Of a stretch of 64,000 bases of DNA, positions 48,977-58,322 are shown one piece after another. The first letter of the stretch is position 1; each line of letters starts with the position of its first letter. A model generated the notes under the pieces. It worked only from the letters and a program-made list of their open reading frames with translations, ran no database searches and was not told the origin of the DNA. Position numbers and translations under genes: made by a program. Source of the stretch: Candidatus Omnitrophota bacterium (GTDB lineage: Bacteria; Omnitrophota; Gorgyraeia; Zapsychrales; JAKLDJ01); assembly GCA_022703585.1 (NCBI GenBank), contig JAKLDJ010000001.1, forward strand, positions 676,006-740,005. Direction: 5' to 3'.

Positions 48977-50146
48977 ATGACCGAAACCAAAAAAATACTG
49001 CTTGTCGATTCCAGAAAAGACTTTAGAGACCTTTGGGGCGGGGTATTAACGGCCGAGGGTTACCAGGTCTTTTTGGCCAGAGACGGCGAAGACGGGGTCA
49101 AAAAGGCCGATGAAATTGTTCCCGACCTGATTATTTCCGATGTCCTGATGCCCAAAATGAGCGGAAACGATTTTTACAAAGAGGTGCGAAAGCGGTATTA
49201 CGGAAAAGATATCCCTTTTTTGGTCGTTTTGGAACGACCGAAGATGAAAGATTATTTTGACACTATCGGGGTTACTAATTTTATCCAAGAGCCGGTGACA
49301 AAAGAAGCCCTGTTGTCAAAAGTCCAAAGTGCTTTGGCCGGACCCGGCCCGGAAATGCAGCCGGAGAGGAATAGGCGGGTCCTGGTGGTTGGCCGCTATG
49401 AAAAAGAATGCGTCCAGGAGATGATTAGCCAGCTTAAGGAAGAGGGCTGCCACACGGATTTTGTTGTTTCCGGCGAACAGGTGGTTTCCAAAGCGATTAT
49501 GTTCCTTCCCCGGATCATCCTTATCGAGAGCCGTATGCCGGATATGAGCTCGAATGCTGTGGTTAGAATTCTACGCCAGATGCCGCAATTTAAGAAAATT
49601 CCTATTCTGATTTATAGTTTTTACCATAAATCGGAGCTCAAAATAGGGGAAGACGAAAACACGAGAGAAGCGAATATGCAATACTTTGTCCAGGAATGCC
49701 TGGAGGCAGGGGCGACGAAATATCTGGGGCCCTATATTCAGGGTGCTTTTAAAGACAAGGTAAAACGATATTTGACCGAAGGGGTTATTCTTATTATTGA
49801 CGATGACGAAGGCATTGTGCATTTGCTTAAGAAATCCCTGGAAGGCAAAGGCTATGCTGTTTTTGCGGCGAGTGATGCCAACAGCGGCTTTGAGCTGGCT
49901 AAAAATATCAATCCCAGCCTGATTGTGCTCGATGTGGTGATGCCAAAGAAAGACGGATTTGAGGCGCTCAAGGACCTTAAGACAACTCCGTCCACCAAGG
50001 ACATACCGGTTGTGATGCTCACGGTTCAGGGTGGAGACGGCGATATCCAAAAGGGGCTGAAGTTAGGTGTTGAGGATTATTTGGTCAAGCCCGTTAATAC
50101 AAGCTTATTTTTAAAAAGGGTCCAGACGATCTTAAAGGCGCGTTAA
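48977..50146 (+). CDS. stand-alone protein with three receiver (REC) domains, the middle one degenerate, and no output domain
   Basis: REC1: KKILLVDS...DLIISDVLMPKMSG. REC2: RVLVVGRY...IILIESRMPD (Glu at the phospho-acceptor position). REC3: VILIIDDDEG...SLIVLDVVMPKKDG...YLVKPV. Confidence 0.65.
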   Translation: MTETKKILLVDSRKDFRDLWGGVLTAEGYQVFLARDGEDGVKKADEIVPDLIISDVLMPKMSGNDFYKEVRKRYYGKDIPFLVVLERPKMKDYFDTIGVTNFIQEPVTKEALLSKVQSALAGPGPEMQPERNRRVLVVGRYEKECVQEMISQLKEEGCHTDFVVSGEQVVSKAIMFLPRIILIESRMPDMSSNAVVRILRQMPQFKKIPILIYSFYHKSELKIGEDENTREANMQYFVQECLEAGATKYLGPYIQGAFKDKVKRYLTEGVILIIDDDEGIVHLLKKSLEGKGYAVFAASDANSGFELAKNINPSLIVLDVVMPKKDGFEALKDLKTTPSTKDIPVVMLTVQGGDGDIQKGLKLGVEDYLVKPVNTSLFLKRVQTILKAR

Positions 50147-50216
50147 CTCTCGATTTGGTCCGAAAGCTTTTCTAACTAAAAAAGATAAAATCTTGCCCAA
50201 CAATATCCCTCAACCA

Positions 50217-50897
50217 ATGGCCGCTGGCGGCCTCGTCAAGAAAATCATCCGTTCAAAAAGAAGGACGCTGGAGTTGCAGATTGCTTCCGACGCCACGCTT
50301 ATCGTCCGGGCGCCGTTTAAAGCGCCGTTAGCCGATATCGAAAGGGTAGTCCGGGAGAAAACCCCTTGGATTGTTAGAAAACAGGTTCAAGTTCGCCAGA
50401 GGCCGCGGCCTCCGGAAAGACAGGGATTTATTGACGGAGAAAAATTTCTTTATCTGGGGGAGCCGTATGCGCTTCGCGTTGTTTCCGGGCTCCATGTCCC
50501 GCTTGATTTTGACGGAAAAGAATTTTTGCTAAGGGATGTGTACCGTTCGGTGGCACGCAACCGGTTTGCGGAATGGTATAAACAAAAGGCTTTTAATGTT
50601 ATCAGCCAGCGTGTCAACTATTATGCGGGTGGTGCAGATTTAAAGTTCGGTAAAATTATGATCACTGATGCCAACAGCCGCTGGGGCTCCTGCGGGCCCA
50701 AGGGGACGCTTAATTTCAGCTGGCGTCTGATTATGGCGCCGATGGAGGTTGTTGATTACGTGGTTGTTCACGAGTTGATGCATTTAACTGAACGCAACCA
50801 TTCAAGGAAATTCTGGCGGGAGGTGGAGGCCGTGTTTCCCGGCTACAAACAGGTTCACCGCTGGCTGCGCACTAACCATCATTTGCTGGTGTTTTAA
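50217..50897 (+). CDS. YgjP-like metal-dependent hydrolase (DUF45 / SprT-like zincin)
   Basis: WGSCGPKGTLNFSWRL and VVVHELMHLTERNHSRKFW motifs. Confidence 0.7.
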   Translation: MAAGGLVKKIIRSKRRTLELQIASDATLIVRAPFKAPLADIERVVREKTPWIVRKQVQVRQRPRPPERQGFIDGEKFLYLGEPYALRVVSGLHVPLDFDGKEFLLRDVYRSVARNRFAEWYKQKAFNVISQRVNYYAGGADLKFGKIMITDANSRWGSCGPKGTLNFSWRLIMAPMEVVDYVVVHELMHLTERNHSRKFWREVEAVFPGYKQVHRWLRTNHHLLVF

Positions 50898-50903
50898 TTT
50901 CGA

Positions 50904-51761
50904 ATGCACATCGAAGACGTCACCCTTAGACACAAAGATCTCCTTATCGGACGGCTCAAAGAATCCCGAGCCTTATTATCGGAATACAGCTTTCCCAATC
51001 TCTACCTTTTTCGCAAGGCTCATCATTATCAGGTCCTTAAGGATCACCAGGAAATATTTATTGCCGGCAAGACCTATGACGGCCGCAGCTTTATTATGCC
51101 GACCGGAGATATCCGCGTGCTTAATGTCGAATATCTTCTGAAAACCGCAGCCGGCTATGACTTTATCTTTCCCATTGCCGAGGAATGGCTCGGTATGTTT
51201 GAAGAAAAACGCTTCGCCAAAGAATTTTCGGAGGGAGATTCAGATTATATTTATAAAACTGATAAAATATCGACCTACAAAGGCCCTAAGCTGCACGGAA
51301 AGAAAAATCTGCTGAACCAATTTCTGTCGTTATATACTCCCCAAGCCTTTCCTTTGACGCAAGAGCGGATGGATGATGCCCGTGACATCCTGGAGGCCTG
51401 GCAGCAGGATGTCGGGGAACAAAAAGAGCAAACCGATTATTATCCCTGTCGCGAGGCCTTTGAACTTTATGATGCGCTGGTTCTTTGCGGCGGTATTTAT
51501 TACGTCGACAATGAACCGGCGGGGTTTATTATCGGCGAGGAAATCGATGCAACGATGTTTGCCCTGCATTTTGCGAAGGGAAAAAGAAAATTTAAAGGAA
51601 TGTACCAGTACATGTATAATCATTTTGCCAATATTTTGCCTAAAAAATACGAGTATCTGAATTTTGAACAAGACCTGGGAAAACTGGCGCTGAAGATTGC
51701 CAAGTCGTCCTATCACCCGGATAAGGTCTTGAAAAAATACCGGATTAGCGTTTTAAGATAA
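50904..51761 (+). CDS. hypothetical protein, possibly DUF2156-like (GNAT-fold, aminoacyl-phosphatidylglycerol-synthase C-domain-like); unverified
   Basis: The FPNLYLFR motif and overall size resemble DUF2156. This is a recollection only. Confidence 0.3.
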   Translation: MHIEDVTLRHKDLLIGRLKESRALLSEYSFPNLYLFRKAHHYQVLKDHQEIFIAGKTYDGRSFIMPTGDIRVLNVEYLLKTAAGYDFIFPIAEEWLGMFEEKRFAKEFSEGDSDYIYKTDKISTYKGPKLHGKKNLLNQFLSLYTPQAFPLTQERMDDARDILEAWQQDVGEQKEQTDYYPCREAFELYDALVLCGGIYYVDNEPAGFIIGEEIDATMFALHFAKGKRKFKGMYQYMYNHFANILPKKYEYLNFEQDLGKLALKIAKSSYHPDKVLKKYRISVLR

Positions 51762-51789
51762 AAGAATATTAACGAGAACATAAGGGAAT

Positions 51790-53916
51790 ATGATGGCGAA
51801 TGATCGATTGACGATGCGGGAAGTTTTTCATCTTGCGCTGCTTTCGCTGGCGGCGGTGATTGCCGGGCTGCAGGTGCTGGTTATTATTGGGATAGTGTAT
51901 AGCCGCATTCCGCTCAACACAGGTTTAGACAATCTGATCCTGGTGGAATGGCTGGGAACATTTTATCCGAGCCGGAATTTATTTCTTTACCGGTTGCTGG
52001 TGTGTATTGTTCTCTTTTTTCAAGCTGCCGCATTTCTTATTTTCGCAAAGAAAATAAAGGCAGCTGCCTTTATCCAATCGCTGAAAAAGTTTGTTGTTGT
52101 CGAGTCGTTTGTCCTGGCGGTATCCTTCTGGGGTTTATTTCAGATTTTTTATCACGGGGATTCCTCTCTGGGCAAGTATATTATTGGATTCGCTATTTTC
52201 TTAATGGCCGTAACGAAATTATTTCGCGCGGTTGTATTTCGTCTTGCGGACCGGGCAGGGCTATTGTTTTCACTTGATAAGAATATTGATTTGCTTTCGC
52301 GATGTGCGGACTACTTTTTCCCGTTTGTCATTTTCCTCATTGTCTATATCCCGGACCGGACGATGGCCATGGCAAAGATTTTACAGTACGACAATTTATA
52401 TCATTTTGACGGCGTGATTATGGGGGCGGCGTGGGCCTCGCTTAAAGGGCTTGTTCTAAACATGGACGTGATTAGCCAGTACGGTATCGGGATGCCGATT
52501 GTGATTGGCCGTTTAAGCTGGTTATGGGGAGGTTTTTCGTACGAAAATGTGCTGGCAGTGCTTAACGTCTTAACGATTATTTGCCTGATACTCGGTTATT
52601 TCTTATTAAGGATTTGGCTTAAAGATCCTTTTCTGGCAATGGCGGGTATTCTGGCTTCTATTATTTTGAGGTTGTATTCTCAGTCGAGCCCGTTTATTTG
52701 GGCGTATCCCAACGGGGTGATTGCCTCCCGTTACCTTTTTGAAGCGGCTTTCTTTATCCTGTTGTTGCTCTGTTTAAGAAATTCCCGTTTTTGGCTTAAG
52801 GCTGCCACGGGATTTATTGTGGGGTGTTCTCTTTTTTATGTCGTTGACACGGGGCTTTATTTGTTGGCGACGTATTATTGCTACCTGGTCGTATCTTTTG
52901 TCAAAGAGCGGTATTATCCGTCGGGAAGCGCCAAGAAGCAAAGTGTCGCGGGGTGGGTCGCTTGTTTTCTTCTTCCCTTTGCGGTTGCCTTTGTGTCTCT
53001 TTGGGCTGTGACCGGCAGTGCAATCTTTAGGGACGTTTTTTGGAACAACTGCTTTGAATTTACCGAACTCTTTTTAAGTGGATTAGGCGCAACGCCGGCA
53101 AGCGTTTATTTGAAACAAAAAGATTTTGTCGGAATCTTCCTGGCCCTTGCCATGTTCTTGGAATATCTTTTGACTATCGCGGTGGTGGGGAAATTGTGCT
53201 TTGCCCGCAAGATCGCCTGGGAGAATATCCTGGCTGTTTTGCTGAGTATCTATGGGCTGTGCCTCTTTAATTATTTTATATGCCGTCCGGGAGCGGCCTA
53301 TTATCGCGCGGTGTCGTTTCCGTTTATTGTAGTAACCTGTTATTGGATCAGCAAAGGGCTTAGGTTCAACCCGTATCCGTTCAAAGAAAAGGTCACGGTT
53401 ATCCTGGCCGGAGCCGTTTTTGTTATTCTGATAACCTGCCGTTCTTTCATTGACTATCCGCATCTGTTCCATATCTATTCGGGCAATGATGCCGTGTCCG
53501 TAAAAGATATCAAGGACAACCTTCTCTCCCCGGTGGATATTGCCCTGATTGACAAATTGACTGTGCCCGGCGAACGGGTATGCCTGTTCAGCGATTTTGA
53601 GACCATGGTTCTTATGGAGGCGGACAGGCCTCCGTTTTTCTATTGTTTTCCTATGGTGCATTCTGCGCCGAGAAAATCCAGTACATTCGGCGGGATCTAT
53701 CTGCTGACCCAGAAACACCTGCGAAGGACCTTGGGTCAGCTTGAGGGAAGCCGGCCGAAATTTGTTTTTATCGACAGGAAGCTCATTAGTGAATTGCCGG
53801 CTGCGTATTATCTTCAAGAGAGATCATTTAGCCTGCTACTTTTATACCTCAGTAAAAATTATGACCGCTTTCTTGAGGGGAAGAGTTTAATTGTTTTTAA
53901 GAGAAAAACTAGGTAG
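51790..53916 (+). CDS. large polytopic membrane protein (708 aa), hypothetical
   Basis: About 14 or more hydrophobic helices with no recognisable catalytic motif. Confidence 0.5.
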   Translation: MMANDRLTMREVFHLALLSLAAVIAGLQVLVIIGIVYSRIPLNTGLDNLILVEWLGTFYPSRNLFLYRLLVCIVLFFQAAAFLIFAKKIKAAAFIQSLKKFVVVESFVLAVSFWGLFQIFYHGDSSLGKYIIGFAIFLMAVTKLFRAVVFRLADRAGLLFSLDKNIDLLSRCADYFFPFVIFLIVYIPDRTMAMAKILQYDNLYHFDGVIMGAAWASLKGLVLNMDVISQYGIGMPIVIGRLSWLWGGFSYENVLAVLNVLTIICLILGYFLLRIWLKDPFLAMAGILASIILRLYSQSSPFIWAYPNGVIASRYLFEAAFFILLLLCLRNSRFWLKAATGFIVGCSLFYVVDTGLYLLATYYCYLVVSFVKERYYPSGSAKKQSVAGWVACFLLPFAVAFVSLWAVTGSAIFRDVFWNNCFEFTELFLSGLGATPASVYLKQKDFVGIFLALAMFLEYLLTIAVVGKLCFARKIAWENILAVLLSIYGLCLFNYFICRPGAAYYRAVSFPFIVVTCYWISKGLRFNPYPFKEKVTVILAGAVFVILITCRSFIDYPHLFHIYSGNDAVSVKDIKDNLLSPVDIALIDKLTVPGERVCLFSDFETMVLMEADRPPFFYCFPMVHSAPRKSSTFGGIYLLTQKHLRRTLGQLEGSRPKFVFIDRKLISELPAAYYLQERSFSLLLLYLSKNYDRFLEGKSLIVFKRKTR

Positions 53917-54005
53917 GTTCCGTTTTGTTATGCGGAAAATATTAAAATCTTAAACAGCCTTATTTGTGAAGGAAAACGTGTCTTTACCTTAAGGAGAAAA
54001 TTCCT

Positions 54006-54545
54006 GTGGTGTTTCTTGATCTTGTAAAAAGGCGGCAAAGCACCAGAAAATATATGACGAAACCCGTTTCCCGGGAAATTATCGAACGGTGCCTTGAGGC
54101 GGCACGGCTGGCGCCTTCGGCATGCAACTCTCAGCCCTGGCATTTTATCGTGGTTGACAGCGAAGAGCTAAAAAACAAAGTGGCTGATGCGGCTTTTTCC
54201 GGGATCCATTCCATGAATGCATTCGCGAAAAATGCGCCGGTGTTGGTGGTTGTGGTCAGGGAAGGGTCGAGTTATCTGGCGGCCCTGGGCGGTTGCTGTC
54301 GCGGGGTGGCTTTTAGCCTCATCGATATCGGCATTGCCTGTGAACATTTTGCGCTGCAGGCCGCCGAGGAAGGGCTAGGGACTTGTTATTTGGGGTGGCT
54401 TAACGAAAAGAGAGTTAAAAAAGTTTTGGGCTTACCTGTCGGCAAGAAAATCGATATGATTATCAGCATGGGGTATCCCATAGATGAGCAGGAGAGGGTT
54501 AAAACGAGAAAGCTGCTAAGCGAAATCAGTCGGTTCAATCAGTAG
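54006..54545 (+). CDS. nitroreductase family protein
   Basis: LAPSACNSQPWHFIVVDS motif. Confidence 0.8.
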   Translation: MVFLDLVKRRQSTRKYMTKPVSREIIERCLEAARLAPSACNSQPWHFIVVDSEELKNKVADAAFSGIHSMNAFAKNAPVLVVVVREGSSYLAALGGCCRGVAFSLIDIGIACEHFALQAAEEGLGTCYLGWLNEKRVKKVLGLPVGKKIDMIISMGYPIDEQERVKTRKLLSEISRFNQ

Positions 54546-54630
54546 CTTTAGAGTTGCCCATTTCCTGTTAAAAAAAGCTATCAGTTTTTGTGCGCAATTG
54601 TTATAATATGGCTAAAGAAAGGAGCTGCTT

Positions 54631-54798
54631 ATGCAAATAGTTAAGATTATCTGCTGTATCTTTCTTCCACCCGTTGCCGCGTACCTTCAGGTCGGATTGA
54701 CGAATCATTTCTGGATTAACTTGGTTCTGACCCTTTTGGGCGGTGTCCCGGGTGTCATTCACGCCTTATGGCTGGTGTTGACAAATAAAAAAGCTTAA
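54631..54798 (+). CDS. Pmp3/YqaE (UPF0057) family small proteolipid membrane protein, 55 aa
   Basis: AAGGAG SD. MQIVKIICCIFLPPVAAYLQVGLTNHFWINLVLTLLGGVPGVIHALWLV. Missed by the 60-aa ORF cutoff. Confidence 0.7.
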   Translation: MQIVKIICCIFLPPVAAYLQVGLTNHFWINLVLTLLGGVPGVIHALWLVLTNKKA

Positions 54799-54832
54799 AA
54801 AAGAACTTAAAGCAATTTAAGAAATAATTTTT

Positions 54833-54914
54833 GAGGGGAATGGGCGCTATTTAGCGCCCATTCCCCTCGATGTTATAGGGGGGGGCAGGTCGCGCTTAAG
54901 CGCGGCCTGCCCCC
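54833..54914 (+). terminator. two tandem GC-rich hairpins (GAGGGGAATGGGCGCTA-ttt-TAGCGCCCATTCCCCTC; GGGGGCAGGTCGCGC-ttaa-GCGCGGCCTGCCCCC)
   Basis: Both are perfect or near-perfect palindromes, seen in sequence. Confidence 0.6.
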
Positions 54915-54996
54915 AGGGATAATCCCTCAGATTATTCTCAAAACTCTTTAGAATTTTCTGCCGTATCTATTTTACGAATGTATACTATAAGATATT

Positions 54997-55440
54997 ATGA
55001 CCTACCTTATTTCGCTTATTAAAAATACCTCCTATAAGGCCGTTAACTTTTTGTTTGGCCAGACGAGAATCTTTATTGTCATCCTGGCTTGGTTTTTGGT
55101 CATTACCGGCATTTTATTTTTGTCTCAGCCGGAAAAGGCGCGGAAGAAAATCCTGGCCCAAGGCTTTGGTTTCTTCAAGGGATGGTTATTGGTAGTTTCG
55201 ATATTTCTGGCCATGTTTCTAATATCCCTTTCTTCTAAAACGGATTTCAGGGCGCTTCATATTCTGACGCTGGTTGCGGTCATCCTGATTATTAGGTCGT
55301 ATTTCCTGCTTAAAAGAAAAATCTATCAGAAACTCGTTGAGCAATTCGCTAAAATTCCCATATCGGCCTTAAAGGTATTTGCCTATATCCAAATTGCCGT
55401 GGGTGCCCTCATGCTTATCTTCGAGAGGCGCATATGGTAA
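54997..55440 (+). CDS. membrane protein, hypothetical
   Basis: Four hydrophobic helices. 147 aa. Confidence 0.45.
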   Translation: MTYLISLIKNTSYKAVNFLFGQTRIFIVILAWFLVITGILFLSQPEKARKKILAQGFGFFKGWLLVVSIFLAMFLISLSSKTDFRALHILTLVAVILIIRSYFLLKRKIYQKLVEQFAKIPISALKVFAYIQIAVGALMLIFERRIW

Positions 55441-56381
55441 CGCTCCCGTCTGTATTCCTGGAACGCCTGCAAGGAATCATTCCTCCGGGATATTATGATA
55501 CCTGCTTGAAAAGCTTCACCCGGGATAGATTGCTGAGCGTCCGGGTTAATACATTAAAAATATCCCGGGACCGGGTCCTTGCCGTTTTAGATGAGCAAAA
55601 AATCGAATATACCCCTATCGGCTGGTGCCCTGACGCGCTGATTTTGCGCGGCATTGATTCCAGGCAATTAACGGAAAGTGATTTGATTAAGCAGGGATTT
55701 TTATATATCCAAAGCCTGTCGAGCATGTTGCCGGTCATCGCCCTTAATCCTCAGCCGGGCGACCGTGTTCTCGACATGTGTGCGGCCCCGGGCGGCAAGA
55801 CGACCCAAATGGCGGCCCTGATGAATAACGCGGGATCAATTTTGGCCGTTGAGAAAGTAAAAGAACGTTTCTATAAACTTAAAACTATTGTGGCGCAGTC
55901 GGGTGCCGGCAATGTTACGGTGCGGTTGATGGATGCCAAAAGGCTGCACGCCCAAGGCAGCGAACCTGAACTTTACGACAAGGTTCTTCTCGATGTCCCT
56001 TGCACCACGGAAGGGCGTTTCAAGGTTTTTGACCCAAAGACCTACGCCTACTGGAGCCCGCGCAAAATAAAAGAAATGGTCCAAAAACAGAGGGGCCTTA
56101 TCTTGACCGCCAGCCGTCTCCTGAAGCCGGACGGTGTTATTGTATACTCGACCTGCACCTTTGCACCCGAGGAAAACGAAGCCGTGATGGACTGGTTTTT
56201 AAAGAAAACAAAGAGTGAAATGGCTGTTGAGCCGGTTGCCCTTGATGGCATCAGAACCTATCCGGCGATTTTGGAATGGAAGGGTAAACGATTTAACCCT
56301 AAGCTGCGGGGGTGTTTGCGTGTTCTGCCCGACGAGATGATGGAAGGATTTTTTGTGGCGAGGTTAAAAAGGTCAAGTTAG
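55434..56381 (+). CDS. RsmB/RsmF (NOL1/NOP2/Sun) family rRNA m5C methyltransferase
   Basis: DMCAAPGGKT, LLDVPCTTEGRF and VYSTCTFAPEENE motifs. Confidence 0.8.
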   Translation: MVTLPSVFLERLQGIIPPGYYDTCLKSFTRDRLLSVRVNTLKISRDRVLAVLDEQKIEYTPIGWCPDALILRGIDSRQLTESDLIKQGFLYIQSLSSMLPVIALNPQPGDRVLDMCAAPGGKTTQMAALMNNAGSILAVEKVKERFYKLKTIVAQSGAGNVTVRLMDAKRLHAQGSEPELYDKVLLDVPCTTEGRFKVFDPKTYAYWSPRKIKEMVQKQRGLILTASRLLKPDGVIVYSTCTFAPEENEAVMDWFLKKTKSEMAVEPVALDGIRTYPAILEWKGKRFNPKLRGCLRVLPDEMMEGFFVARLKRSS

Positions 56382-56387
56382 GAAAAT

Positions 56388-56795
56388 TTAAGTTGAGAGT
56401 TTCTCCAGCTTTTCTATCAGCCTGTCGGTATCGACGGGCTTGGTGATATATTCGTCCCATCCCATGTTATAGTGCTCCATGAGGGAATCTTTGTAGGCCG
56501 TGATCATGATGATCCGGGAGGGCGTCAGATTCTTTTCTTCCTCTTCTTTGCGGATAGAGCGCAGTACCTCAAAGCCGTCCGCGACGGGCATGGTGACGTC
56601 CAGAAGGATAAAATCAAAAGCCTTTTTTTTCTTGAAGGCCTTGCGGTAGGTTTCCATGGCCTGTTCGCCGTTTTCGACGACCGTGCACGTTGCTCTACGG
56701 CTTAAGGCTTTTAAAAGCAGGGCGCGGCTCGCCAAGTCATCTTCGGCAATCAGGATATTCCAACGTCTGGCAGACTCTTTATTCTGACGGGCCAT
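56388..56795 (-). CDS. single-domain CheY-like response regulator receiver
   Basis: ILIAEDDLASRALL...FDFILLDVTMPVADGFEVLR...IIMITAYKD. The start was chosen at the internal Met matching REC domain boundaries. Confidence 0.7.
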   Translation of the reverse strand: MARQNKESARRWNILIAEDDLASRALLLKALSRRATCTVVENGEQAMETYRKAFKKKKAFDFILLDVTMPVADGFEVLRSIRKEEEEKNLTPSRIIMITAYKDSLMEHYNMGWDEYITKPVDTDRLIEKLEKLST

Positions 56796-56983
56796 AACAA
56801 TTATTAGATTATCGCCGTTAGGGTCGGTTGTCAAGTAAATGGTCGGACAAAAAAGGATGAAATCGTGGTTATATTTCTTGTGCAGCATTTGTCTTAGCGG
56901 TAAAATACGTCTGTAGTAGAAAAGCTATTAAGAAATTCCGGCAGAAAATATTTCTTAAATGACGGCCAATAAAGGAGGATGCA

Positions 56984-57175
56984 ATGGGCAATATCGGGAT
57001 AGGGGAATTAATTATTATTTTTTTGATTATTCTGGTTATCTTCGGCGCCAAAAGACTTCCCGAAATCGGCCAGGCCTTGGGAAAGGCGGTATATGAGTTT
57101 AAGAAATCGATGAGCGGCAGCCAAGAGGGAGATAAGCAATCAAAGAAAGAGTCCGAGAGTGGAAAAAAGGGATAA
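56984..57175 (+). CDS. tatA: twin-arginine translocase subunit TatA/E
   Basis: MGNIGIGELIIIFLIILVIFGAKRLPEIGQALGKAV, with a GGAGG SD. Confidence 0.9.
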   Translation: MGNIGIGELIIIFLIILVIFGAKRLPEIGQALGKAVYEFKKSMSGSQEGDKQSKKESESGKKG

Positions 57176-57884
57176 CGCATTTACCCTTCTTGATCATCTT
57201 GAAGAATTAAGATCCCGCCTTATAAAATCTGTCGTTTTTTTTATTATCTGTTCCTGTTTCTTCTATAAATATGCTGACCAGGCCTTTTTCTTCTTTATCC
57301 AGCCCGTGGGAAGGCTTGTTTTTACTTCACCGACAGAAGGATTTTCTGCCTACCTGTCTCTGACCCTGTTGGGCGGGATTTTTCTCTCCATGCCGTTTAT
57401 CTTTTATCAGGCATGGCGGTTTATTTCGGCCGGCCTTTCCGATGATGAAAGAAGATATACGATTTTTTTTGTGCCGTTGTCTTTTCTCTTTTTTGCCGGC
57501 GGGGCCTTTTTTGGTTACGCGGTGATTTTGCCGATCGCCCTAAAGTTTCTTTTAAGTTTTTCCAGCCCCTGGCTTATGCCGATGATTACAGCTGGAAAAT
57601 ATATTTCTTTTGCGGGAACGCTTATTTTATCGTTCGGGATTGCCTTTGAGCTTCCCCTTATCATAGTATTTTTAACCAAGATGGGAATCGTGAATCCGAA
57701 GTCTTTGGCGGAGAAAAGACGGTATGTCATCGTTTTGTTATTTATTGTAAGCGCCCTGTTGACTCCGCCGGATTGCGTCTCGCAAATTTTGATGGCGCTT
57801 CCGCTATGGGGGCTCTATGAAGCGGGCATTCTTCTCTCCCGGTGGATTTGGGGTTGTAGGCAAAGCAAGGATATTTCAGGGTAA
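57159..57884 (+). CDS. tatC: twin-arginine translocase subunit TatC
   Basis: GTG start. LLDHLEELRSRLIKS, six TM helices, and PLIIVFLTKMGIV. Confidence 0.85.
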   Translation: MEKRDNAFTLLDHLEELRSRLIKSVVFFIICSCFFYKYADQAFFFFIQPVGRLVFTSPTEGFSAYLSLTLLGGIFLSMPFIFYQAWRFISAGLSDDERRYTIFFVPLSFLFFAGGAFFGYAVILPIALKFLLSFSSPWLMPMITAGKYISFAGTLILSFGIAFELPLIIVFLTKMGIVNPKSLAEKRRYVIVLLFIVSALLTPPDCVSQILMALPLWGLYEAGILLSRWIWGCRQSKDISG

Positions 57885-58019
57885 TGACCGCAGTCTAATT
57901 TTTATCTTGCAATTATAAATTTTTAATATAGAATACGCCTTACTAAGAATAATCGAACTGCCGCTTGTCTTAAGGCGGAAAAATAAATCAGCGATGTCTT
58001 TACGGTAAAGGAGGAGAGG

Positions 58020-58244
58020 ATGAAGATTTCTGACTTGAAGGAGTTATTAAAAGACAAAAGGGTAACAGAAGAGATCAACAAGCATCTTTGGATTGAAAGT
58101 CAGAAAGCTGGCTACTCTATCGGCACCGAACGGGCAACTGATGAGTGGTTCAGGCTCTATGCCGAAGGATGGATGAAGTACCATATGCCGGAAAAGTTCA
58201 GGCAATTGCAGGCTCAAAAAGCAAAAGAAAAGAATTCCAGATAA
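58020..58244 (+). CDS. small hypothetical protein
   Basis: AAAGGAGG SD. 74 aa, charged. Confidence 0.45.
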   Translation: MKISDLKELLKDKRVTEEINKHLWIESQKAGYSIGTERATDEWFRLYAEGWMKYHMPEKFRQLQAQKAKEKNSR

Positions 58245-58283
58245 CCGCAACAGCGGTCCGATAAAACCGGATAGTTTTAATAA

Positions 58284-58314
58284 TTGGGCAGATTGATTTC
58301 TGCCCAATTTTTTT
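58284..58314. terminator. bidirectional terminator TTGGGCAG-attgattt-CTGCCCAA followed by TTTTTTT
   Basis: Lies between convergent genes. Confidence 0.75.
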
Positions 58315-58322
58315 ATGAGCTT

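Noticed and set aside
53083-53817. 244-aa minus-strand ORF.
   Set aside because: It is fully embedded antisense within the 708-aa membrane-protein gene. It is Arg/Gln/Pro-rich, with no SD, and is the typical mirror ORF of a codon-biased gene.
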